A DNA stretch of 64,000 bases, from the NCBI GenBank assembly GCA_963818475.1, contig CAWFSF010000006.1, positions 224,001-288,000 on the forward strand, given 5' to 3'. Source of the DNA: Nitrospirota bacterium (GTDB taxonomy: Bacteria > Nitrospirota > UBA9217). A program made the position numbers and the translations under genes. Positions within the stretch are counted from its first letter, which is position 1. Each line of letters opens with the position of its first letter. Below, one piece after another: positions 40,996 through 50,428 of this stretch. The notes beneath the pieces were generated by a model, which ran no database searches, had not been told where the DNA came from, and was given only the letters and a program-made list of their open reading frames with translations.

Positions 40996-42117
40996 ATGAA
41001 ATACACCCTCTGCATTACTCAACAATGTAATCTCCGGTGCACATATTGCTACATCGGCAAGAAGAACGCCCGGATGTCGCTTGCTCTCGCGAAGGATGTC
41101 ATCGACTTTATATTCAACAAAACCGCAGCGGGAGAAAAGATCCATTTTGGCTTCTTCGGCGGAGAGCCGCTCCTTGAATTTGAACTTCTTCGGACCATTA
41201 CGGAGATGGCAGAAGATCACCCGGCTTATCATAAGGAACTGTTTGAAATGACGGTTGTGTCAAACGGAACGATTTTTTCAAAAGAGATAGCCGACTTCCT
41301 GAAGGCCCACGACATCAGTTTGTGCATAAGTTGTGACGGACCGCCCTTTGTCCAGGACACGTTCAGACGCTTTGCGAGCGGGGAGGGAAGTTCGGCGGTT
41401 GTTGAAAGGAACTTGAAAACAGCTATCGAAATGCTGCCCTCTGTCATTGTGAATGCAGTCTACCACCCAAAGACACTTCTATTTCTTCCTCAAGTCGTTG
41501 AATATTTTTCCGACCTTGGGCTCCGGCAGATATACCTGAGTCCCGATTTTTCAGCGTTGTGGTCCAAGAGCGACGCTGATCGACTTCCCGAAATTTACAG
41601 TTCAGTCGCTGAGCAGTACATGAAACACTATCTTGCCGGAAGGCCTCGCTTCATCAGCTTGATTGACAGCAAAATTATCGTTCTCATGCGTGGCGGATAC
41701 GATCCTCGCGAGCGGTGCAGAATGGGAAAAGGGGAGTTTGCCTTTACGCCCTCGGGCAACATCTATCCTTGCGAGCGTCTCATCGAGAATGATTCGGGGG
41801 AGCACTGCATAGGCAACATTCGCACGAAAGTGCATGGAGAGAGGATGTCCTGCAAGGTCGCGCCTGCGCAGGAAGGGAACCGTGAATGCCTCTCCTGCGG
41901 GGTCCGGGATTATTGCATGAACTGGTGCGGCTGCTCTAATTATTTCTCGACTGGTTATTACAACCGGGTGGGGCCATTCCTGTGCGCTTCAGAAAGAGCG
42001 GCCATACAAACTGCGTTCTCGGTCTTCCGGACCCTTGAGAGAGAACTCGGTCCGACCTTTATTGATCACTTGACCGGTACGCCGATACTCGAAGGGAAGG
42101 AGGTGGAGCGAAGATAA
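40996..42117 (+). CDS. Radical SAM/SPASM protein
   Basis: CNLRCTYC, FFGGEPLL, CRMG..YPCERL..CLSC...YCMNWCGC..C. Confidence 0.9.
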   Translation: MKYTLCITQQCNLRCTYCYIGKKNARMSLALAKDVIDFIFNKTAAGEKIHFGFFGGEPLLEFELLRTITEMAEDHPAYHKELFEMTVVSNGTIFSKEIADFLKAHDISLCISCDGPPFVQDTFRRFASGEGSSAVVERNLKTAIEMLPSVIVNAVYHPKTLLFLPQVVEYFSDLGLRQIYLSPDFSALWSKSDADRLPEIYSSVAEQYMKHYLAGRPRFISLIDSKIIVLMRGGYDPRERCRMGKGEFAFTPSGNIYPCERLIENDSGEHCIGNIRTKVHGERMSCKVAPAQEGNRECLSCGVRDYCMNWCGCSNYFSTGYYNRVGPFLCASERAAIQTAFSVFRTLERELGPTFIDHLTGTPILEGKEVERR

Positions 42118-42191
42118 ATTAAATTGCCCTAGGGTTTTTCGGGAGGAGAAGCAATAGCGTGTCGTGAATGTACAAAAGAAGGAGGTGTAAC

Positions 42192-42620
42192 ATGGGAGTA
42201 ATAAATGTGGAGGGGCTTTTATTAAGACGATTTATCGAGATAAATTTCGCAGTACCATGGGGCGGCGCAGGCCCCTATAATCCTTTTTGGATGGCGAACC
42301 ATTCTTTGGTCAGACAAATGATCAAGGAAAAAGGTTACAAGCCAGCCGCCGAGGGAATGCTTGCGGCACACATGGCCGCGCTGTCGATGGAAACAGGAGA
42401 ACGTTCAGAAGCGGTCTCCAAGATGAAACGGCCCATTCCGGGTGGAATAAGGGTTCCTCACCTGCACTTCGACACGGACATTTTCCTGCTCGATGAAAGC
42501 CAATGGAAAGATTTTTCTGCCAAGATGATGAAGGAATTCCAAGCTAAGCTGTCACGGGTGAACGCCGTGAGCTTTGAACAAGCCATGGCGATATCGGAAG
42601 CCGTGGACACCCTGGCATAA
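42192..42620 (+). CDS. Hypothetical protein, possible partner or substrate of the rSAM enzyme
   Basis: RBS GGAGGT; directly downstream of the rSAM gene. Confidence 0.65.
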   Translation: MGVINVEGLLLRRFIEINFAVPWGGAGPYNPFWMANHSLVRQMIKEKGYKPAAEGMLAAHMAALSMETGERSEAVSKMKRPIPGGIRVPHLHFDTDIFLLDESQWKDFSAKMMKEFQAKLSRVNAVSFEQAMAISEAVDTLA

Positions 42621-42662
42621 GAGTGGGGCATTTACGCAAATGCAAGTCTAAGGTAAATTCGT

Positions 42663-42713
42663 GGGGTCGCATCTATGATGGAGTAAACGCTTCAATTGCA
42701 AAGATGCGGCCCC
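42663..42713. repeat. REP-like inverted repeat
   Basis: GGGGTCGCATCT ... AGATGCGGCCCC (11/12 complementary). Confidence 0.7.
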
Positions 42714-42832
42714 TTGTATTCCTTCTCAATTTCCTAATGGCAGACAATGGTTTCTGAATGCCAAAAGTAAAGACCTGAGAGCTTGGGCTGGTTGGGCTCT
42801 CCTGTAGCTATATAAACATTAAGGACCTGACC

Positions 42833-44745
42833 GTTCGCAGTAACAACTGATTATCTCGCGGGTTCAAGTCCCGCCCAAGGAGTTGTCCGTACACCTTGGT
42901 AGCACGAGGGAGCGGCGTCTGAGCAATCAGAGGTCGTGAGTTCCCAAACGGCAAAGCTACAGGCCGCAGCGAAAGCGAACCTACACGTAGCCTCGTAACT
43001 TATTCGGAGATGCCGACCTTGTGGTCAAATGGGGAAGGCCGATGCGCGCTGATTCAGACAACGGAATCGATCTGTGCGATCTCCCGGGGTAGCAGGGGCG
43101 GCATGTAGCGGAAGATAAGCAGTCCAGTGCTGGAGACCCCATACAGTGATGTTAGAGGAACATCAACCGGTGCGTATAAGGAAACGAAAACGCACTGGGC
43201 TGTATCGGGAGTCGGAGGGGTCCATAGTATCGTTTGAAGGTATGGGACAACATAACCCTGCCCGAGAAAAGGGACCCTGCTTTGTTCACGCAACCGAAGG
43301 AGAGAGGATGAGGGGATTGCAGAGATGCTAACAACCCCAGATACAATCAGGACACTCCAGAGGAAGCTCTACCGTAAGGCCAAGCAAGAACCGGCCTACC
43401 GCTTTTACGCGCTCTACGACAAGATACACCGGGCCGACATCCTCAGTCACGCCTACCATCTTGTCAGGGCCAACAAAGGAAGCGCCGGCATCGACGGCGT
43501 CACCTTCGAGGCCATAGAGACCGGAGAAGGGGTAATCGCCTTTTTGGCGGAGCTGCAAGAAGCACTGAAGAGCAAGACCTATGCACCAAACCCTGTAAAG
43601 CGCGTCATGATCCCCAAAGGAGACGGCACAGAGCGTCCCTTGGGAATCCCGACCATTAGGGACAGGGTGGCCCAGATGGCCGTAAAACTGGTCATCGAAC
43701 CGATATTTGAAGCGGATTTTATAGACACCTCATACGGATTCAGACCCAAGAAGTCGGCCCATGATGCAATCGAAGACATATCGTATGCCCTTAACTGCGG
43801 TTATACGGAAGTCATCGACGCCGATGTGTCCAGGTACTTCGACACCATTCCCCATGCCAAACTCATGGCCGTGGTCGCCGAGCGCATCGTTGACAGTGCG
43901 ATTCTGCACATTATCCAGATGTGGCTCAAGGCCCCGGTTATGGAAGTGGACAAGGACGGAACGAAGCGCAACATCGGCGGCGGCAAGGCAAACACCAAAG
44001 GAACACCGCAGGGCGGTGTCATCTCGCCGCTCCTGGCCAATCTCTATCTGCACCTGTTAGATAGGATATGGCATAAGAAGAAGCTTCAGTATAGGCTCGA
44101 AGCGCGTCTTGTCCGGTATGCCGACGATTTTGTCGTGCTGTGCAGAAAGGGAACTGAGCAGCCGATGGCGGTTGTGCGCCGGGTGCTCGAACGACTGGGA
44201 CTTGTACTCAATGAGAACAAGACCCGCATGGTGAACGCCAAGCAAGAAGGCTTCAACTTCCTTGGATTTGAACTTCGTATGGGGAAAAGTCGGAGAACGG
44301 GCAACCTTTACCCCCTTATACAACCGTCACGAAAAGCCCTGAAGAAGATCAAAGACAGCGTTACCGCTCTTACACACAGGCGGATGACGCCGAAGCCGCT
44401 TACTATGATAATCGAAGATATCAATACCGCCCTCCGGGGCTGGGTCGGGTACTTTCATTACCGCAATAGCAGCAAGGCGTTCAATCGTCTCAAGTTTCAT
44501 GTGGAAGCGCGAGTGCGCACGCATCTGCGAAAGCGGCATAAGATCAAAAGCAGGGCAGCGGGGTTTACCAGGTTCACCAACAGGTCTTTGTACGAGAAGT
44601 ATGGGCTCTATAAAGTGCCGACGACAGCGGGCTGGCTGAAGGCGCATGCCTTGCGGTGAAGAACATCGGAAAGCCGTGTGCGGGAAAACTGCATGCACGG
44701 TTTGATGAGGGAGGGCTGGTCAATACGACCAGCTCTCTACTCTAC
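42833..44745 (+). mobile_element. Group II intron, copy 2
   Basis: Same as copy 1 apart from two SNPs seen; junction AAGGACCTGACC|CTAAC. Confidence 0.95.
43325..44659 (+). CDS. ltrA: Group II intron RT/maturase
   Basis: Protein identical to 17793-19127. Confidence 0.97.
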   Translation: MLTTPDTIRTLQRKLYRKAKQEPAYRFYALYDKIHRADILSHAYHLVRANKGSAGIDGVTFEAIETGEGVIAFLAELQEALKSKTYAPNPVKRVMIPKGDGTERPLGIPTIRDRVAQMAVKLVIEPIFEADFIDTSYGFRPKKSAHDAIEDISYALNCGYTEVIDADVSRYFDTIPHAKLMAVVAERIVDSAILHIIQMWLKAPVMEVDKDGTKRNIGGGKANTKGTPQGGVISPLLANLYLHLLDRIWHKKKLQYRLEARLVRYADDFVVLCRKGTEQPMAVVRRVLERLGLVLNENKTRMVNAKQEGFNFLGFELRMGKSRRTGNLYPLIQPSRKALKKIKDSVTALTHRRMTPKPLTMIIEDINTALRGWVGYFHYRNSSKAFNRLKFHVEARVRTHLRKRHKIKSRAAGFTRFTNRSLYEKYGLYKVPTTAGWLKAHALR

Positions 44746-44959
44746 CTAACAAGTCTTAAAAGCTTGTATCGAAGATGGACGTTCTTGCAAAATTGGAGGA
44801 GATTAAGCTGGAAGTCGCGGCAAAAGCCAGCACTCAACGCCTTGCGAATGGAATTCAAAAATATGTAATTGACGGGCTTTGTAAGTTGCTGTAAGACGGC
44901 TACTAAGCTTCGAAACTTGACTTGATTTGGATCACAAATGGCAATATTCAAGTCTGACC

Positions 44960-46872
44960 GTTCGCAGTAACAACTGATTATCTCGCGGGTTCAAGTCCCG
45001 CCCAAGGAGTTGTCCGTACACCTTGGTAGCACGAGGGAGCGGCGTCTGAGCAATCAGAGGTCGTGAGTTCCCAAACGGCAAAGCTACAGGCCGCAGCGAA
45101 AGCGAACCTACACGTAGCCTCGTAACTTATTCGGAGATGCCGACCTTGTGGTCAAATGGGGAAGGCCGATGCGCGCTGATTCAGACAACGGAATCGATCT
45201 GTGCGATCTCCCGGGGTAGCAGGGGCGGCATGTAGCGGAAGATAAGCAGTCCAGTGCTGGAGACCCCATACAGTGATGTTAGAGGAACATCAACCGGTGC
45301 GTATAAGGAAACGAAAACGCACTGGGCTGTATCGGGAGTCGGAGGGGTCCATAGTATCGTTTGAAGGTATGGGACAACATAACCCTGCCCGAGAAAAGGG
45401 ACCCTGCTTTGTTCACGCAACCGAAGGAGAGAGGATGAGGGGATTGCAGAGATGCTAACAACCCCAGATACAATCAGGACACTCCAGAGGAAGCTCTACC
45501 GTAAGGCCAAGCAAGAACCGGCCTACCGCTTTTACGCGCTCTACGACAAGATACACCGGGCCGACATCCTCAGTCACGCCTACCATCTTGTCAGGGCCAA
45601 CAAAGGAAGCGCCGGCATCGACGGCGTCACCTTCGAGGCCATAGAGACCGGAGAAGGGGTAATCGCCTTTTTGGCGGAGCTGCAAGAAGCACTGAAGAGC
45701 AAGACCTATGCACCAAACCCTGTAAAGCGCGTCATGATCCCCAAAGGAGACGGCACAGAGCGTCCCTTGGGAATCCCGACCATTAGGGACAGGGTGGCCC
45801 AGATGGCCGTAAAACTGGTCATCGAACCGATATTTGAAGCGGATTTTATAGACACCTCATACGGATTCAGACCCAAGAAGTCGGCCCATGATGCAATCGA
45901 AGACATATCGTATGCCCTTAACTGCGGTTATACGGAAGTCATCGACGCCGATGTGTCCAGGTACTTCGACACCATTCCCCATGCCAAACTCATGGCCGTG
46001 GTCGCCGAGCGCATCGTTGACAGTGCGATTCTGCACATTATCCAGATGTGGCTCAAGGCCCCGGTTATGGAAGTGGACAAGGACGGAACGAAGCGCAACA
46101 TCGGCGGCGGCAAGGCAAACACCAAAGGAACACCGCAGGGCGGTGTCATCTCGCCGCTCCTGGCCAATCTCTATCTGCACCTGTTAGATAGGATATGGCA
46201 TAAGAAGAAGCTTCAGTATAGGCTCGAAGCGCGTCTTGTCCGGTATGCCGACGATTTTGTCGTGCTGTGCAGAAAGGGAACTGAGCAGCCGATGGCGGTT
46301 GTGCGCCGGGTGCTCGAACGACTGGGACTTGTACTCAATGAGAACAAGACCCGCATGGTGAACGCCAAGCAAGAAGGCTTCAACTTCCTTGGATTTGAAC
46401 TTCGTATGGGGAAAAGTCGGAGAACGGGCAACCTTTACCCCCTTATACAACCGTCACGAAAAGCCCTGAAGAAGATCAAAGACAGCGTTACCGCTCTTAC
46501 ACACAGGCGGATGACGCCGAAGCCGCTTACTATGATAATCGAAGATATCAATACCGCCCTCCGGGGCTGGGTCGGGTACTTTCATTACCGCAATAGCAGC
46601 AAGGCGTTCAATCGTCTCAAGTTTCATGTGGAAGCGCGAGTGCGCACGCATCTGCGAAAGCGGCATAAGATCAAAAGCAGGGCAGCGGGGTTTACCAGGT
46701 TCACCAACAGGTCTTTGTACGAGAAGTATGGGCTCTATAAAGTGCCGACGACAGCGGGCTGGCTGAAGGCGCATGCCTTGCGGTGAAGAACATCGGAAAG
46801 CCGTGTGCGGGAAAACTGCATGCACGGTTTGATGAGGGAGGGCTGGTCAATACGACCAGCTCTCTACTCTAC
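44960..46872 (+). mobile_element. Group II intron, copy 3
   Basis: Junction TTCAAGTCTGACC|CCAAAG. Confidence 0.95.
45452..46786 (+). CDS. ltrA: Group II intron RT/maturase
   Basis: Identical protein. Confidence 0.97.
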   Translation: MLTTPDTIRTLQRKLYRKAKQEPAYRFYALYDKIHRADILSHAYHLVRANKGSAGIDGVTFEAIETGEGVIAFLAELQEALKSKTYAPNPVKRVMIPKGDGTERPLGIPTIRDRVAQMAVKLVIEPIFEADFIDTSYGFRPKKSAHDAIEDISYALNCGYTEVIDADVSRYFDTIPHAKLMAVVAERIVDSAILHIIQMWLKAPVMEVDKDGTKRNIGGGKANTKGTPQGGVISPLLANLYLHLLDRIWHKKKLQYRLEARLVRYADDFVVLCRKGTEQPMAVVRRVLERLGLVLNENKTRMVNAKQEGFNFLGFELRMGKSRRTGNLYPLIQPSRKALKKIKDSVTALTHRRMTPKPLTMIIEDINTALRGWVGYFHYRNSSKAFNRLKFHVEARVRTHLRKRHKIKSRAAGFTRFTNRSLYEKYGLYKVPTTAGWLKAHALR

Positions 46873-47026
46873 CCAAAGGCACTCGCTGTAATGGCACGAA
46901 TTATCTTCCGTAACTGCGGCGTAAGGATAGAGGCGTTGGCTGGCTCTCAGAGTGGACATAACTTATATTTAGCAAGTGAGGGTGGGAGGGGGCGGGACGC
47001 CCCTGAAGAAAAACTAAGGAGGCTTT

Positions 47027-47725
47027 ATGGATACCCTGATCAACATATTGCTTCTGCTGGTGAGTTTTGCCGGTGCATTGACAGCCTTTACCGGCGATAC
47101 CTTAAACAAAAACGCGGCAACGGTGTATGGACGCATTACGCGGGTAGGGTGGTTTTCCATTTTACTGTTGCTCATTGCTTTCAACATAGGCATATGGAAA
47201 GAACTTCGTGAACAGGACAAAGGCAAGGTGCAGGAAGCCAAAGCAAAAGAGCAATATGAGCGGGCGATGCGTGCGGAACAACAGCTTGCGATTGCACAAG
47301 CGAAAATCGATGCATTAAAACCAGCCGTGGTAAAAGCCGTTTCAACCATGACCCAGGATATCCCGAAAGAATATGATGACGGCTTTATGAATTTGAATAG
47401 CCAGCCTGAAGCAGCGCTCATGTCGAATCGAAGCAAAGATACCCTGAAACTGTACGGAGGGGATGATTTCGAATATCACTGTTATTGCGGCAATGGATCT
47501 CTTGCAACGCCCGCATCCGTCAGCGGACTATATTTAAAGGTCGGTACGCGGGGCTATCCCCTGGAGTCCAATGGAGGGACATGGCGCATAGCCGGGCCCG
47601 CAGGTCAGGCACTGGAGGGCAGAATTATCAACCCTGGACGCGCTAAATGCGATATCAAGTATATCGTAAGGTCGACAGTTCGTACCCGGTCGAAGCAACA
47701 ATTGACTGACGCGCTGCAGGAATGA
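47027..47725 (+). CDS. Hypothetical membrane protein (2 TM, coiled coil, beta domain)
   Basis: RBS AAGGAGG; hydrophobic N-terminus. Confidence 0.7.
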   Translation: MDTLINILLLLVSFAGALTAFTGDTLNKNAATVYGRITRVGWFSILLLLIAFNIGIWKELREQDKGKVQEAKAKEQYERAMRAEQQLAIAQAKIDALKPAVVKAVSTMTQDIPKEYDDGFMNLNSQPEAALMSNRSKDTLKLYGGDDFEYHCYCGNGSLATPASVSGLYLKVGTRGYPLESNGGTWRIAGPAGQALEGRIINPGRAKCDIKYIVRSTVRTRSKQQLTDALQE

Positions 47726-47746
47726 TTTTCGGGCCATGCCTGGAAA

Positions 47747-47792
47747 GTCAAATCTTCGATGTTGACAAGTATGTAACGAATGAAGATTTGAC
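47747..47792. repeat. REP-like hairpin ending at the intron copy 4 insertion site
   Basis: GTCAAATCTTC-N24-GAAGATTTGAC, perfect 11-bp arms. Confidence 0.8.
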
Positions 47793-47793
47793 C

Positions 47794-49706
47794 GTTCGCA
47801 GTAACAACTGATTATCTCGCGGGTTCAAGTCCCGCCCAAGGAGTTGTCCGTACACCTTGGTAGCACGAGGGAGCGGCGTCTGAGCAATCAGAGGTCGTGA
47901 GTTCCCAAACGGCAAAGCTACAGGCCGCAGCGAAAGCGAACCTACACGTAGCCTCGTAACTTATTCGGAGATGCCGACCTTGTGGTCAAATGGGGAAGGC
48001 CGATGCGCGCTGATTCAGACAACGGAATCGATCTGTGCGATCTCCCGGGGTAGCAGGGGCGGCATGTAGCGGAAGATAAGCAGTCCAGTGCTGGAGACCC
48101 CATACAGTGATGTTAGAGGAACATCAACCGGTGCGTATAAGGAAACGAAAACGCACTGGGCTGTATCGGGAGTCGGAGGGGTCCATAGTATCGTTTGAAG
48201 GTATGGGACAACATAACCCTGCCCGAGAAAAGGGACCCTGCTTTGTTCACGCAACCGAAGGAGAGAGGATGAGGGGATTGCAGAGATGCTAACAACCCCA
48301 GATACAATCAGGACACTCCAGAGGAAGCTCTACCGTAAGGCCAAGCAAGAACCGGCCTACCGCTTTTACGCGCTCTACGACAAGATACACCGGGCCGACA
48401 TCCTCAGTCACGCCTACCATCTTGTCAGGGCCAACAAAGGAAGCGCCGGCATCGACGGCGTCACCTTCGAGGCCATAGAGACCGGAGAAGGGGTAATCGC
48501 CTTTTTGGCGGAGCTGCAAGAAGCACTGAAGAGCAAGACCTATGCACCAAACCCTGTAAAGCGCGTCATGATCCCCAAAGGAGACGGCACAGAGCGTCCC
48601 TTGGGAATCCCGACCATTAGGGACAGGGTGGCCCAGATGGCCGTAAAACTGGTCATCGAACCGATATTTGAAGCGGATTTTATAGACACCTCATACGGAT
48701 TCAGACCCAAGAAGTCGGCCCATGATGCAATCGAAGACATATCGTATGCCCTTAACTGCGGTTATACGGAAGTCATCGACGCCGATGTGTCCAGGTACTT
48801 CGACACCATTCCCCATGCCAAACTCATGGCCGTGGTCGCCGAGCGCATCGTTGACAGTGCGATTCTGCACATTATCCAGATGTGGCTCAAGGCCCCGGTT
48901 ATGGAAGTGGACAAGGACGGAACGAAGCGCAACATCGGCGGCGGCAAGGCAAACACCAAAGGAACACCGCAGGGCGGTGTCATCTCGCCGCTCCTGGCCA
49001 ATCTCTATCTGCACCTGTTAGATAGGATATGGCATAAGAAGAAGCTTCAGTATAGGCTCGAAGCGCGTCTTGTCCGGTATGCCGACGATTTTGTCGTGCT
49101 GTGCAGAAAGGGAACTGAGCAGCCGATGGCGGTTGTGCGCCGGGTGCTCGAACGACTGGGACTTGTACTCAATGAGAACAAGACCCGCATGGTGAACGCC
49201 AAGCAAGAAGGCTTCAACTTCCTTGGATTTGAACTTCGTATGGGGAAAAGTCGGAGAACGGGCAACCTTTACCCCCTTATACAACCGTCACGAAAAGCCC
49301 TGAAGAAGATCAAAGACAGCGTTACCGCTCTTACACACAGGCGGATGACGCCGAAGCCGCTTACTATGATAATCGAAGATATCAATACCGCCCTCCGGGG
49401 CTGGGTCGGGTACTTTCATTACCGCAATAGCAGCAAGGCGTTCAATCGTCTCAAGTTTCATGTGGAAGCGCGAGTGCGCACGCATCTGCGAAAGCGGCAT
49501 AAGATCAAAAGCAGGGCAGCGGGGTTTACCAGGTTCACCAACAGGTCTTTGTACGAGAAGTATGGGCTCTATAAAGTGCCGACGACAGCGGGCTGGCTGA
49601 AGGCGCATGCCTTGCGGTGAAGAACATCGGAAAGCCGTGTGCGGGAAAACTGCATGCACGGTTTGATGAGGGAGGGCTGGTCAATACGACCAGCTCTCTA
49701 CTCTAC
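47794..49706 (+). mobile_element. Group II intron, copy 4
   Basis: Junction GAAGATTTGACC|CCCG. Confidence 0.95.
48286..49620 (+). CDS. ltrA: Group II intron RT/maturase
   Basis: Identical protein. Confidence 0.97.
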   Translation: MLTTPDTIRTLQRKLYRKAKQEPAYRFYALYDKIHRADILSHAYHLVRANKGSAGIDGVTFEAIETGEGVIAFLAELQEALKSKTYAPNPVKRVMIPKGDGTERPLGIPTIRDRVAQMAVKLVIEPIFEADFIDTSYGFRPKKSAHDAIEDISYALNCGYTEVIDADVSRYFDTIPHAKLMAVVAERIVDSAILHIIQMWLKAPVMEVDKDGTKRNIGGGKANTKGTPQGGVISPLLANLYLHLLDRIWHKKKLQYRLEARLVRYADDFVVLCRKGTEQPMAVVRRVLERLGLVLNENKTRMVNAKQEGFNFLGFELRMGKSRRTGNLYPLIQPSRKALKKIKDSVTALTHRRMTPKPLTMIIEDINTALRGWVGYFHYRNSSKAFNRLKFHVEARVRTHLRKRHKIKSRAAGFTRFTNRSLYEKYGLYKVPTTAGWLKAHALR

Positions 49707-49711
49707 CCCGT

Positions 49712-50023
49712 ATGTTTCACCCGTCTTCCTGGAAAGGTATACCATTGTCCCTTACTTTTAGCGGTACGTTGAACCTAAGTGTCGATGTTGTTCGTGGCAA
49801 TCCAGTGGATATTTTTTTAATAGATCAATCAGAGTTAGAAAATTATCAGAATCATAAACAGTTTAATCATTATACTAATTTCACGGCAGACAAAACAAAG
49901 GTTTACAAACGTTCAGCTCGTTTAGCAGAAGGTATTTATTATCTTGTCCTCCGTGATAATACTCTCGGCATTCTGTCTGCCTCAAGTAGCGATGTAAAAA
50001 TAATGGCACGATTAGAACCCTGA
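49712..50023 (+). CDS. Hypothetical beta-sandwich protein, probably 5'-truncated
   Basis: AT-rich ORF with no RBS directly after the intron. Confidence 0.5.
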   Translation: MFHPSSWKGIPLSLTFSGTLNLSVDVVRGNPVDIFLIDQSELENYQNHKQFNHYTNFTADKTKVYKRSARLAEGIYYLVLRDNTLGILSASSSDVKIMARLEP

Positions 50024-50428
50024 GGTCGTGAATAAAAATAAACGCCAAAATAAAAGACCTGACACTGAAAGGGTCGATTTCGGCAACTGGGTGAGAATTC
50101 CGCAATAAGCGTGATGTGCTTAGGTGGATGAAGAAATAAGGGGACAAACTGACTTTATGCTTTTTCGATAAAGCCAGCTTGCCCCTCGTTATTCAGGGCG
50201 AACAGGAGAAGCTTAGGAAAGCATAGATAGAAACAATGTCCCGCAAGTGGTCCCAGTCAGATTCAAAAAAAACACTTGGAGTCATTCAACAACAAGTGCC
50301 AGGAGTCTCTGAATAGTCCCCGGTTATGATGCAATAGGGATCGTCGGCATGCGGCCGGTGCCATTTTATGGTACAAGTATTGCGAAATCTCTTTCATAAA
50401 CACTGAATTTCATACGAGGGGGTAGGTA

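Noticed and set aside
42833-49706. Intron copies 2-4 as an assembly artefact
   Set aside because: Each has unique flanks sharing only the target motif and exact intron ends. Perfect identity could still reflect consensus polishing.
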